This document shows positions 1 to 9,312 of a stretch of DNA of 46,952 nucleotides, one piece after another; position 1 is the first letter of the stretch; each line of letters opens with the position of its first letter. Under the pieces are notes generated by a model. That model saw only the letters and a list, made by a program, of their open reading frames with translations, had not been told where the DNA came from and did no database searches. The position numbers were made by a program, and so were the translations under genes. Source of the DNA: Flavobacteriales bacterium (GTDB lineage Bacteria > Bacteroidota > Bacteroidia > Flavobacteriales > JANQLC01); the NCBI GenBank assembly GCA_036881805.1, contig JBAJNK010000012.1, positions 1 to 46,952 on the forward strand. The letters are read 5' to 3'.

Positions 1-1275
1 ATGCTAATAAACAACACACCAGAAGTAAAAGACGGTTTTTTACAAGATTGGCTACAGCACCTGGGGGTACCCGCCGGTTTGAGCGATTTTCTGGCGGTGG
101 TTATGAGCATTTTACTTCTAGCTGCCATAGCTTATATACTGGATCACATAGCGAGAAGGGGAACGAGATCAATACTCGGAAAAATCATTTTAAAGACGAG
201 CAGCCGTTGGGATAACGTCTTTTATGAAAAAGGTGTATTTAACAGTTTGGCGCATTTGGCACCCGTCATCGGTCTGCAAATTCTGACTCCCCTATTGCTA
301 TCGAAATATCCCTTTCTCGTCAACAATGCAAAGACTCTATACGAGATCGCATTCCTGGTTGTTGTCATCCTGTTTACCATCAATACGATTAGCGCACTGG
401 AAATCATCGGTACCCACGAAAACAAGAAGCGGACTATTGCCGTTTCCACCTTTTCACAATTGCTCAAAGTGCTCGCGGTGATCATAGGGATTCTAATTTT
501 AATTTCCATTCTGCTCAAAATAGATATCAAAACCACCTTAACGAGTTTGGGTGTGCTTTCAGCAGTGATTGTATTGGTGTTTAGAGACACCATTCTCGGC
601 TTTGTCTCCGGCGTACAATTGGCTGCGACAAAATCCATTCAAGTCGGTGACTGGGTCACCCTGCCCGATGAAAATGTGGACGGAACAGTTGTCGAAGTGA
701 ACTTGGCAACGGCTAAAATCCGCAATTTTGACATGACGATCAGTACCGTGCCCACCTATTCACTCATCTCCTCCACGGTTACCAATAACCAGCCCATGAG
801 CGCGCTGCAAATCAGGCGGATCAAGCGGTCGATCTACATCAACATCAAGTCCATTCGATTTGTAAACGAAACGGCTTTAGCAGATTTTAAGCGATTCGAG
901 TTAATCCAAAATTACGTAAGCGAACGCCAGGCAGAGATCCGGGCTTTCAACCAGCGAAGAGATGTCGATAAATCCAAGTTGACCAACGGCAGAAATCAAA
1001 CGAATATCGGTATCTTTCGCGAATACATACGTGAATACTTGAACCACCACCCCAATGTGGCACAGGAACAAACGCTAATGGTGCGGCTGCTGGAACCGAC
1101 TAAGGATGGGGTTCCGATCGAGATTTACTGCTTTGCCAACACTGGAGAATGGGTCTCATACGAAGGGGTTCAATCCGATATTCTCGATCACATATTGGCA
1201 GCTGCAGCTGAATTCGACTTGGAGGTTTTCCAAAATCCATCCGGATTGGATATAAACCGGCTAATCGCAAAATAA
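1..1275 (+). CDS. mechanosensitive ion channel family protein (MscS-type)
   Basis: 424-aa ORF. Several N-terminal hydrophobic helices are followed by an MscS-like beta-domain stretch (VGDWVTLPDENVDGTVVEVNLATAKIRNFD). The ATG sits at window position 1, so the true N-terminus could lie upstream. Confidence 0.8.
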   Translation: MLINNTPEVKDGFLQDWLQHLGVPAGLSDFLAVVMSILLLAAIAYILDHIARRGTRSILGKIILKTSSRWDNVFYEKGVFNSLAHLAPVIGLQILTPLLLSKYPFLVNNAKTLYEIAFLVVVILFTINTISALEIIGTHENKKRTIAVSTFSQLLKVLAVIIGILILISILLKIDIKTTLTSLGVLSAVIVLVFRDTILGFVSGVQLAATKSIQVGDWVTLPDENVDGTVVEVNLATAKIRNFDMTISTVPTYSLISSTVTNNQPMSALQIRRIKRSIYINIKSIRFVNETALADFKRFELIQNYVSERQAEIRAFNQRRDVDKSKLTNGRNQTNIGIFREYIREYLNHHPNVAQEQTLMVRLLEPTKDGVPIEIYCFANTGEWVSYEGVQSDILDHILAAAAEFDLEVFQNPSGLDINRLIAK

Positions 1276-1826
1276 TGCAGACCGAGAAAATAATCCTGGG
1301 CATCGACCCCGGGACGACGATCATGGGATTCGGTATGCTGTGTGTAAAGCAGCAGGAGATGAAGTTGCTCTACTTAGATGAAATTCACTTTGAAAGAACA
1401 GCCGACCACAGCTTAAGGCTCAAACGCATCTTTGCGCGCACCCTGGCGATTATCGACGAGTACAAGCCCGATGAGTTGGCTATAGAAGCACCCTTTTACG
1501 GAAAAAACGCGCAATCCATGCTCAAGTTGGGACGTGCACAAGGCGTAGCCATGGCAGCAGGACTGTATCGCGAAGTACCGATAGCGGAATATTCGCCCAG
1601 AAAGATCAAGATGGCCATTACCGGAAACGGCAACGCCGGTAAGCGACAAGTAGCCGGCATGCTGCAACACTTGCTCAAGGTGAAAGCGCTCCCCGAGCGT
1701 TTCGATGCAACCGACGGCCTGGCGGTAGCTGTATGCCACCATTTTAATGCAGGAAAGCCCGAAGCGCAAAAAAATTACAGCGGTTGGCAATCTTTTTTAA
1801 AAGAGAATCCGGAACGAAAGGGCTGA
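1275..1826 (+). CDS. ruvC: crossover junction endodeoxyribonuclease RuvC
   Basis: 183 aa. RuvC-type N-terminus ILGIDPGTTIMGFG and C-terminal ATDGLAVAVCH. The start overlaps the upstream stop (TAATG). Confidence 0.9.
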   Translation: MQTEKIILGIDPGTTIMGFGMLCVKQQEMKLLYLDEIHFERTADHSLRLKRIFARTLAIIDEYKPDELAIEAPFYGKNAQSMLKLGRAQGVAMAAGLYREVPIAEYSPRKIKMAITGNGNAGKRQVAGMLQHLLKVKALPERFDATDGLAVAVCHHFNAGKPEAQKNYSGWQSFLKENPERKG

Positions 1827-2950
1827 TGGCTGGGCTCTACCTCCATATTCCCTTTTGCAGGCAGGCTTGCGCCTATTGCGATTTTCACTTTTCCACCTCA
1901 TTGAAAAACAAACACCAGCTGGTACAAGCGCTCATCGAAGAAATTCAATTTTACAAGAACCACTGGCGATCGGAGTCCTTTGAAACGGTTTATTTCGGTG
2001 GGGGCACCCCTTCCCTACTAAATAGGCGAGAACTCGAATCCCTATTCGAATCGCTGTACGCCCACTATACCATTTCCCCCCAAGCTGAAATCACGCTAGA
2101 GTCCAATCCAGATGACCTGTCAAAATCATATGTGACCACCCTGCGCCAATTGCCGTTCAACCGACTGAGCATTGGGGTGCAGTCCTTTGACGGGGCGGAT
2201 TTACGCCTTATGAATCGCAGTCACAGCGCGCAGCAAGCCAGACGAGCGATCGCAAATGCACAGGAAGCTGGCTTTGACAATGTGAGCATCGATCTAATCT
2301 ACGGCCTGCCCAAGCGGAATACAAGCGACTGGAAACGAAATTTAACACGCCTCAAAGCGTTTCAAATTCCCCATTTTTCAGCTTATGCCCTTACGGTAGA
2401 GCCCAAAACCGCCTTGGCGCACCAAATTCAAACCGGCATGCAACAACCCATAGACGAAATACAACAGGTAAAAGACTTTTTCGTCTTGCAAGACTGGAGT
2501 GAAGACAACGGTTACGAAGCCTATGAAATTTCCAACTATGCGCAAAGCGGATTTCAGTCCCATCACAACAGCAATTACTGGAAAGGCAAACCCTACTTGG
2601 GCATCGGCCCGGCTGCCCACTCTTTTTACCACGGTAAACGCCGGTGGAATATCGCCAACAACAACCGCTATATCGAGACATGGCAAAAAGGCCAACCCTT
2701 AGCCCAATCGGAGGTATTGGGTGAGAAAGACCGGTTTAACGAACAGCTGATGACCCAGCTGCGCACGGCCAAAGGGGTGGACCTAGCCGAGATGCGAGCG
2801 CGTTTTGGACAAGCCGCTGTACAGCAGCTCAGGCAAGCGTTACAAAACGTTTGCAAAGCCTACTATGAATTAAAAGACGAGCGGTTGCGGCTCAGCCGGG
2901 CGGGACGACTCCACGCGGACGGCATCAGCGCAGCATTGTTCAACATATAG
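1826..2950 (+). CDS. hemW: radical SAM family heme chaperone HemW (HemN-like, oxygen-independent coproporphyrinogen oxidase family)
   Basis: Radical-SAM CxxxCxxC motif (CRQACAYCDF) follows directly after MAGLYLHIPF. I place the start at ATG 1826 (TGATG overlap with the ruvC stop) rather than the ORF-track start 1784. Confidence 0.85.
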   Translation: MAGLYLHIPFCRQACAYCDFHFSTSLKNKHQLVQALIEEIQFYKNHWRSESFETVYFGGGTPSLLNRRELESLFESLYAHYTISPQAEITLESNPDDLSKSYVTTLRQLPFNRLSIGVQSFDGADLRLMNRSHSAQQARRAIANAQEAGFDNVSIDLIYGLPKRNTSDWKRNLTRLKAFQIPHFSAYALTVEPKTALAHQIQTGMQQPIDEIQQVKDFFVLQDWSEDNGYEAYEISNYAQSGFQSHHNSNYWKGKPYLGIGPAAHSFYHGKRRWNIANNNRYIETWQKGQPLAQSEVLGEKDRFNEQLMTQLRTAKGVDLAEMRARFGQAAVQQLRQALQNVCKAYYELKDERLRLSRAGRLHADGISAALFNI

Positions 2951-2962
2951 TACCTTTAGCCC

Positions 2963-3346
2963 ATGGAACTAGAAGCACTGCGCACCTGCTGTTTGGCGAT
3001 GAAAGACACGACGGAAAGCCTGCCTTTCGATGCGGACACCCTGGTCTTTAAAGTATGGAATAAAGTATTTGCACTGACCGCATTTTCCGCCTGGGAAAAG
3101 GGTGAACCCGCTGTAAACCTGAAATGCGAACCCGGAAAGGCATCAGCGCTGAGGAGAAAATACGAAGCGGTACGACCGGGCTATCACATGAATAAAAAGC
3201 ATTGGAATACCGTGCGACTAAACACCGGCGAACTCAGCGATGCACAAGTCTTCGCCTGGGTAAAGGAATCGTACCAACTCGTGGTGAAAAACCTGCCCAA
3301 AGGGATTCAAGCCCACCCAACGGGGATTGACAAGCCGCAGCCATAG
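2963..3346 (+). CDS. MmcQ/YjbR family DNA-binding protein
   Basis: 127 aa. Family-typical segments FKVWNKVFAL...NLKC.P......YEAVRPGYHMNKKHWNTV. Confidence 0.7.
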   Translation: MELEALRTCCLAMKDTTESLPFDADTLVFKVWNKVFALTAFSAWEKGEPAVNLKCEPGKASALRRKYEAVRPGYHMNKKHWNTVRLNTGELSDAQVFAWVKESYQLVVKNLPKGIQAHPTGIDKPQP

Positions 3347-3735
3347 ATATCCCGTTTTTCAGACTGCGCACAGAGAAATACAAAAAGGCTGGGTTTTCAA
3401 AACGAACCCAGGTGTAAAATAAGCCCGTCTTATCAAATTGACTCAAAGGGACAAAAAACAAAAGATATCGCGTTTTTCAAGCTGACACATACGGGAGAGG
3501 CGTCAAAAAATAAGGCTAGACGGTTGGATGACTGACAGAGTCAAAACCCAAAAACGAACCAAGCGTCAAAATAAGCCTCCTTTTCAAACTGCTATGCATA
3601 CAAAAACAAAATCAAAGATAAACCCCTTCTTTATAAATCGCCACGCATATACAAACACAAAAAAACAAGCCTACTCTTCAAACCGTCAAACAGAGGTGAA
3701 AAAATAAAGTCGAGGGGTTAGACTTGGGTATATGA
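3347..3735 (-). repeat. tandem array (~10 units) of the degenerate ~45-bp GTTTGAAAAGCGGG/T-run repeat family, core on the minus strand
   Basis: The + strand shows reverse-complement units: AAAATAAGCCCGTCTTATCAAATTG (3416-3440), AAAATAAGCCTCCTTTTCAAACTGC (3568-3592), CGCCACGCATATACAAACAC (3639-3658) and AAAAAAACAAGCCTACTCTTCAAACCG (3659-3685). Confidence 0.8.
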
Positions 3736-3942
3736 CAAATCCAGTTCGGCTGACCACAGGGTTGACCTAGCTGGATGCGCGCCGCTTACCAAACCCGAAC
3801 GGCTCATAAGAACAAAAAAAGCTGTAGATTTGTCTGCCATCATTTACCTTCAATGCCTTACTGAGATGTACAAAGCCGTCTCCGCCGCCCTATTTGCAGC
3901 CGTTGCCAAACTCACAGTGACAACGCCAATCAACGATGAGCC

Positions 3943-4725
3943 TTGAGCGAGAACCCAAACACAAAAACGGTGTCCATCCATACGACGAGGGGTGGATTTT
4001 CTCTTGCTGTTTTCGACACAGCGCTCAGGCAGATTATAAGAGTCAACTCCTTTCAAAGCGATCGGTTTGATATGGCTGAGCTCGACGCTGCGATCGAAGA
4101 AAACCGAATTGTAGACCATTCGGTCCAAAGCGGTATCCTCAGCCAAAACCACTGTCGGTTTACGCTGGTTCCAGCTGCCTTTTACGATGCGAATCGAAAA
4201 AGAGATTTGCTCGCGCGCAGCACGAGAATCTCTGACTGTGAGATCGTAGCTACTGATCCGATCCCGGAGATGGGCATGCATATCGTATACGCCGATAAGC
4301 CCAAACCCAAGAGTTTGCCCAACTGCCAAAATTTACATTTCTTGACCGCTTTTTTACAATTTATAATTAAAAAAGAGCTGACCCGGGAAGCGGAGATGTG
4401 TTTTTTTGCACACCAATACCAAAACCGACTTTCCGTCTTGATCTTTCGGGATCAAAATCTACTCCTCGCCAATGCCTACAACACGTACACCGCGGCCGAC
4501 ACCCTGTATTACCTCCTGGTGCTCTTCGATAATTTTTCCCTATCAAACGAGCGTCACAAGCTCAACATATCGGGTGATTTATCCGGCGATCAAGGCTTGA
4601 ACCAATCCCTGGGCGCGTACTTCGCGAACTGTTCGGAGCTAAGTGATTTTCGAAGCCGCGTACATCCCGAACAATCGGCCGAGCCACTGGGTTTAGTTCA
4701 AACGCATCAGATCATTTTGGAGTGA
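3943..4725 (+). CDS. DUF3822 family protein
   Basis: 260-aa ORF with a TTG start. N-terminal VSIHTTRGGFSLAVFD resembles the DUF3822 LSI..S.DGFSF start. It lies directly upstream of rsmD and overlaps it (GTGA), a synteny I recall for Bacteroidota. The family call is from memory. Confidence 0.55.
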   Translation: MSENPNTKTVSIHTTRGGFSLAVFDTALRQIIRVNSFQSDRFDMAELDAAIEENRIVDHSVQSGILSQNHCRFTLVPAAFYDANRKRDLLARSTRISDCEIVATDPIPEMGMHIVYADKPKPKSLPNCQNLHFLTAFLQFIIKKELTREAEMCFFAHQYQNRLSVLIFRDQNLLLANAYNTYTAADTLYYLLVLFDNFSLSNERHKLNISGDLSGDQGLNQSLGAYFANCSELSDFRSRVHPEQSAEPLGLVQTHQIILE

Positions 4726-5273
4726 GGATTATCTGTGGACGCCACAAGGGAAAACGCATTCGCACACCCAAAAACTCGGGCGTACGCCCTACGACAGATC
4801 GCGCCAAAGAGGCCTTGTTTAACATCTTAGAAAACCGTTTTGTCTTCGGTGATATAAGCGCTTTGGATTTGTTTTCCGGGACGGGAAACATCAGCTATGA
4901 ATTGGCATCTCGAGGCGCTGCCGACATCACTGGTGTAGATAACAATCGATACTGCCGAAACTTTATCAAAAAAACTGCAGCGGAATTGGGGTTCCCGATT
5001 TGCGTGCGCTGCGAAGATGCCCTTCGCTTTTTGGAAGAGACAAATCGAGGGTTTGATTTCATCTATGCCGACCCACCCTACACCCTATGCGAGGCGGACT
5101 ACAGTAAGATTCACCGCTTGGCCTTCGATAGAAAAATATTGAAAACCGATGGGTTATTGGTTTTTGAGCATGCGAGAAGGCAAAACTTTGAAGGTCTAAA
5201 GGGTTTTTTGGAAAGGCGAAAGTACGGATCCGTACACCTCAGTTTTTTCAGCCATGGGGAGCAAAGCCAATAA
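4722..5273 (+). CDS. rsmD: 16S rRNA (guanine(966)-N(2))-methyltransferase RsmD
   Basis: 183 aa, GTG start. SAM-binding DLFSGTGNISYELASRGA and the ADPPY motif. Confidence 0.85.
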   Translation: MRIICGRHKGKRIRTPKNSGVRPTTDRAKEALFNILENRFVFGDISALDLFSGTGNISYELASRGAADITGVDNNRYCRNFIKKTAAELGFPICVRCEDALRFLEETNRGFDFIYADPPYTLCEADYSKIHRLAFDRKILKTDGLLVFEHARRQNFEGLKGFLERRKYGSVHLSFFSHGEQSQ

Positions 5274-5367
5274 ATTCCCAATGTGCCCAATCGCGATGGC
5301 TTATTTTTCATTGCTACTGCAAATTGACAGTGCCTGGGGTTATCGCTCAAACCAATGAAAACGCACT

Positions 5368-6204
5368 TTAGTCGCCCGTGGCAAATCCCCGCTTGATCGG
5401 TTTCTCTTTATATATGCGATCCAATCGATACCACAAAAACAATGCTACTACACCACTAACGATAAACCCAAGGCATTGTGTGCTGCTGATCGATGGCAAT
5501 TTCATCGCTTTTTCCAACCCCAATCGCCTCGCCTCGCAAATGAGCCATAGAAAAGCCAACAGATTATTAAAAAGGTGTATTAAAATCGGCATGAGCAAAG
5601 AATCCGTACGCCAATAGATATAACCCAAAAAGAGACCCACTGCAAAGCCAGCGACGAACTGCGCCGGATTGGCGTGCAGCAAACCGAATAAAAAAGCGCT
5701 CGAGGTGATGGCTACCCAGGGCCTATAGTTCTTTAAAAAAGATTCTAAGAAGTAACCCCTGAACAAGACTTCTTCAAAGAACGGGGCCAGAAAGACGGTG
5801 GTGATAAAAAATTCCAAAAAGTGCTCTCGATACATTTTCGCAAAGGTTTCTGCCACCGGTTCATTTAAGGGGTCGAGGGCGTCGATATGAGAGAGCCAGT
5901 GCACCAGGAGGTTACTCGTGTTGATCACGCCGAAAGCGATGATGAGCGCTGTGATCACAATTGGCCATCCGGGTAAGACAAACCGAATGCCCAGCGCTTG
6001 CCGATTTCGTTTTTTATACAAAGCGAAAAACAGCGGTAGACAGAACAAAAAAGGCAGTGCATAAGAAACGGGAATCCGCCAGTAATCCGATATATATGCT
6101 CGAACAAGTGTCCATGTGAAATGCACAAACAGGCCGACCACCATAAAGCATACCAGTAGCCCGGTCGCCTGCCAAAAATTGGGAAACCACTTTGTGTTAC
6201 TCAT
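5368..6204 (-). CDS. CPBP family intramembrane glutamic endopeptidase (CAAX protease family)
   Basis: Multi-pass membrane ORF with EEVLFRG, FGLLH and HLFNN motifs. I prefer ATG 6204 (MSNTKWF) because an exact TAnnTTTG box at 6223-6230 overlaps the ORF-track start 6225. Confidence 0.8.
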   Translation of the reverse strand: MSNTKWFPNFWQATGLLVCFMVVGLFVHFTWTLVRAYISDYWRIPVSYALPFLFCLPLFFALYKKRNRQALGIRFVLPGWPIVITALIIAFGVINTSNLLVHWLSHIDALDPLNEPVAETFAKMYREHFLEFFITTVFLAPFFEEVLFRGYFLESFLKNYRPWVAITSSAFLFGLLHANPAQFVAGFAVGLFLGYIYWRTDSLLMPILIHLFNNLLAFLWLICEARRLGLEKAMKLPSISSTQCLGFIVSGVVALFLWYRLDRIYKEKPIKRGFATGD

Positions 6205-6222
6205 ACTGCTGGGGTGCAATGG

Positions 6223-6230
6223 CAAAAGTA
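6223..6230 (-). promoter_or_regulatory. Bacteroidota-type -7 promoter box (TACTTTTG)
   Basis: Exact TAnnTTTG on the minus strand, 18 nt upstream of ATG 6204. No clear -33 TTG was seen. Confidence 0.4.
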
Positions 6231-6387
6231 GCTTTTACCAGATTGGAAAAAAAATGCAACTTTGTCCGATGTTCAATTGGAATTTACGCGGTTGGGTTTG
6301 CCGCTTATGACGAGTTTATAGCATTGTTGAATACGCATTAACCGCAACCCCAGTGTGTAAAGGCGATAAAACCCAATCTACGAGGCT

Positions 6388-7293
6388 ATGTGCAAGACCG
6401 TTTTAATTTCCGGCGGAAGCGGTATGATCGGCGATCGACTCAGCGCGGTTTTAACCCAAAAGGGTTATGTCGTAAACTGGCTCACTCGAAATCCAGGCCG
6501 AGAATCCAAATACAGATCCTATGGTTGGGACATAGAGCGCATGCAAATCGATGCGAAAGCCCTTACAAACGCCGATTATATCGTCCACTTGGCCGGCGCT
6601 GGTATCGCGGAAAAGCGCTGGACGGCCAAACGAAAAAAGATCATTGCCGACAGCCGGATAAAGGGTGCGGAACTGCTCTACCAGGGGATGGTGCAAAGCG
6701 ACCACAAACCCAAGGCGTTCCTATCGGCTTCTGGGATCAGCTACTACGGAAGCGGAAATGCCACCCAAATATATACCGAACAGGACGCGCCTGGAACAGA
6801 TTTTCTATCGGCGGTTTGTGTCAAATGGGAAGCCGCTGCACGCCGGGTTGAAAGATTGGGCATACGTTCGGTTCAATTGCGCATACCTACCGTTTTGAGC
6901 TTGCATGGGGGGGCTTTACCCAAAATGTGCGCACCCTTTAAACGCAACCTGGGTGCACCATTGGGCAGTGGCAAACAAGGATTTCCTTGGATTCATTTGG
7001 ACGATTTGGTAGCCCTGTACATCCATGCCCTGGAGCGCGAATTAAAAGGACCTTACAATGCGGTAGCCCCCGACCGAGTTCAAAATCAATCGTTTTCTAG
7101 CGCCCTTGCCAAAGCGATGCACAAAGCTTTTTTTATGCCCCATATACCCGCTTTTATCCTACGATTGTACCTGGGTGAAATGAGTGACCTCGTGCTCAAA
7201 AGCTGTTGGGCTTCCCCAAAAAAGGTAATGGATACCGGTTTTGCCTTTACCTATCCCAGTTTGGAGTTGGCTTTGCGCGACATCTTTGCGTGA
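6388..7293 (+). CDS. TIGR01777 family oxidoreductase (NAD-dependent epimerase-like, YfcH family)
   Basis: 301 aa. Rossmann motif ISGGSGMIGDRL at the N-terminus. Length and C-terminal region are typical of the SDR-like YfcH/DUF1731 family. Confidence 0.75.
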   Translation: MCKTVLISGGSGMIGDRLSAVLTQKGYVVNWLTRNPGRESKYRSYGWDIERMQIDAKALTNADYIVHLAGAGIAEKRWTAKRKKIIADSRIKGAELLYQGMVQSDHKPKAFLSASGISYYGSGNATQIYTEQDAPGTDFLSAVCVKWEAAARRVERLGIRSVQLRIPTVLSLHGGALPKMCAPFKRNLGAPLGSGKQGFPWIHLDDLVALYIHALERELKGPYNAVAPDRVQNQSFSSALAKAMHKAFFMPHIPAFILRLYLGEMSDLVLKSCWASPKKVMDTGFAFTYPSLELALRDIFA

Positions 7294-7339
7294 CTTGTCC
7301 TTTACCCATACCGTTGCATTTCGATTCTATCGACAAAGG

Positions 7340-7700
7340 CCTGCTGCGTTTGGGATGCCGACATGCTGGGATTTTTCCAATCGTTTGTTTTTGATATTTT
7401 GTGATACTTAAAAGGGAATTATTTTTGCTTTTGCGCTTTATATAGCGGTTTAAAAAAAGGTTTACTCCCGTTTGACGTTTTGAAAAGTGGGCTTGTTTTT
7501 TATTTCTGTGCTTAGCTGCGGTGATCTTTTTAGGCTGAATGGTTATATGTCGGTCTTTGGGGATTATAAATGCGGTGCGTTTGTAGCGGTGATCTTATTT
7601 TTTTGTCCTTTGTTTTTTCCGGAGTAAGGGTTTGAAAGAGGGGGTTATTTTTCGCCCCGTGGGACGCCTGGAAAAAATATAGAAGTCCTTTCTATATCTC
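7340..7700 (+). repeat. tandem array (~8 units) of the GTTTGAAAAGCGGG/T-run repeat family
   Basis: Units include GTGATACTTAAAAGGGAATTATTTTT, GCGGTTTAAAAAAAGG, CGTTTTGAAAAGTGGGCTTGTTTTTTT (core 7482), GGGTTTGAAAGAGGGGGTTATTTTT (core 7634) and GCCTGGAAAAAAT (7671). The middle units are more decayed. Confidence 0.7.
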
Positions 7701-7765
7701 GGTTGACGCTTAACCCAACCGTTTTAAGTGAGCGAGCGCCATGGGGTCTATCGGTGTGCGCTTCG

Positions 7766-8158
7766 TTACGATACCGGAATGGGATTTTTATCTTCGTCGA
7801 TGGCCACGAGTGAAAACGCGCCGGTTGCCGCTTTCCCACGCTTGCTCGAATACATTTGCTCCACGAATATATCCACCTGAACCCGCAGACTCGTATGGCC
7901 CACATGGGTTACCTCCCCAACCAACTCTATAATGGTACCGGTAGCGATGGACTTTTTGAAATCCACCTTATCGCTGCCCACCGTCACCATTTGTCGCCGG
8001 CTAAAGCGGGTAGCCGTAATAAATGCCACCTCGTCCATCAGCAGCATGGCCATGCCCCCAAATAAGGTGTTATAATGGTTGGTCACATTGGGGAAAATAG
8101 CTTTGAAAACACGGGTTTTAGATTTTTTAATTCGCTCTTCAAGGGTCATATCTCTCAC
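7766..8158 (-). CDS. acyl-CoA thioesterase (hotdog fold)
   Basis: 130 aa. Typical YciA/BFIT-type segment NHYNTLFGGMAMLLMDEVAFITA...VTVGSDKVDFKKS...G. Confidence 0.75.
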   Translation of the reverse strand: MRDMTLEERIKKSKTRVFKAIFPNVTNHYNTLFGGMAMLLMDEVAFITATRFSRRQMVTVGSDKVDFKKSIATGTIIELVGEVTHVGHTSLRVQVDIFVEQMYSSKRGKAATGAFSLVAIDEDKNPIPVS

Positions 8159-8164
8159 TTCATT

Positions 8165-9274
8165 TTACTGTTTTGTCCCTTTCTTTTCAACCAAGGGATT
8201 CCAAATCTTTATCTCATCGGTTTGGGTCACGCCGGATTTAACTTGGACATAGTTGTTGTCCGAAATGCCCAGCTCGACATTTTTCCTTTCGTATTGGTTC
8301 GCACCTGTCTTGACCTCCACGTAAGGCTCGCCTTTTGAATCGTATTGCAACAACGCTTCGGGAATGGCCAATACTTCTGCGCTTTGCAAGACCATAGAAG
8401 CGTTGGCACTGTAACCACTCCGCAAAAAGATGTTTGTAAGCGGTTGAACAGCTGCCTTGACTTCAAATTGAACCACGCCGTTTTCTGCTTGGCCTTTTGG
8501 TGAGATAAAGTCGAGTTTGGCTTTAAAAGTGGTATCCGGAATGGCACCTACGCTAATTTCGACGGGCATGCCTTCTGTAATCTTACCCACATCGGCTTCA
8601 TCGACCGCACCATCGAAAATCATCTGCCCCAAATCGGCAATATTGGCAATCGTAGTCCCAGCATTAAAGTTGTTGGCCTCTGTGACTTGAGAACCCACTT
8701 CGACCGGTACGTCCAACACCACGCCGTCGACGGTAGATTTGACCTGTGTATTACCGGCACCGCCTAAGCCACGGGCTGCACCGGTCTTGATAATCTCCAG
8801 TTTTTGCTGCGCGGCTATGCGGTTTTGCCGGTCGGTTTGGTACTGCGTTTGTACTTTCTGAAAATCAGCGGCAGAAACCACGCTTTCGCCGAAGAGTCTC
8901 TTTTGCCGTTCATAATTCTTTCGGCTGTTTTCCAGTGTAATTTGCGCGTTGTGCAGGTTCGAATTCGCCTCGCTTAAACGGCTCATATCTGTCACCACGG
9001 CAATACGGGCGAGCAAATCGCCTCTTTTAATCCTTTGGCCCGCCTTGACATACACATCACTCACAATACCGGAAATATTGGGCTTGATCTCGATTTCCCG
9101 TCTGGGAACTATGTTGCCGGTAGCTACAGTTTTTTCCGAAATACTGCGCATTTGGGGCGTTTCTACCTCGTACACTTCAGTGGTGACTCGGTTGGTCTCA
9201 ATCACGTATATGATGGCGGCAAACACACCCAAAACCAGTAAGCCGACTAAACCATATTTCAATACCTTGTTCAT
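8165..9274 (-). CDS. efflux transporter periplasmic adaptor subunit (HlyD/MacA family)
   Basis: Start placed at MNKVLKYGLVGLLVLGVF (ATG 9274, signal anchor). Has a coiled-coil hairpin region and beta-barrel C-terminus. Last transporter gene of the ABC exporter string. Confidence 0.8.
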   Translation of the reverse strand: MNKVLKYGLVGLLVLGVFAAIIYVIETNRVTTEVYEVETPQMRSISEKTVATGNIVPRREIEIKPNISGIVSDVYVKAGQRIKRGDLLARIAVVTDMSRLSEANSNLHNAQITLENSRKNYERQKRLFGESVVSAADFQKVQTQYQTDRQNRIAAQQKLEIIKTGAARGLGGAGNTQVKSTVDGVVLDVPVEVGSQVTEANNFNAGTTIANIADLGQMIFDGAVDEADVGKITEGMPVEISVGAIPDTTFKAKLDFISPKGQAENGVVQFEVKAAVQPLTNIFLRSGYSANASMVLQSAEVLAIPEALLQYDSKGEPYVEVKTGANQYERKNVELGISDNNYVQVKSGVTQTDEIKIWNPLVEKKGTKQ

Positions 9275-9312
9275 ATCGCTACAATTGATTATCCATCTCT
9301 TTTTAACATCTC

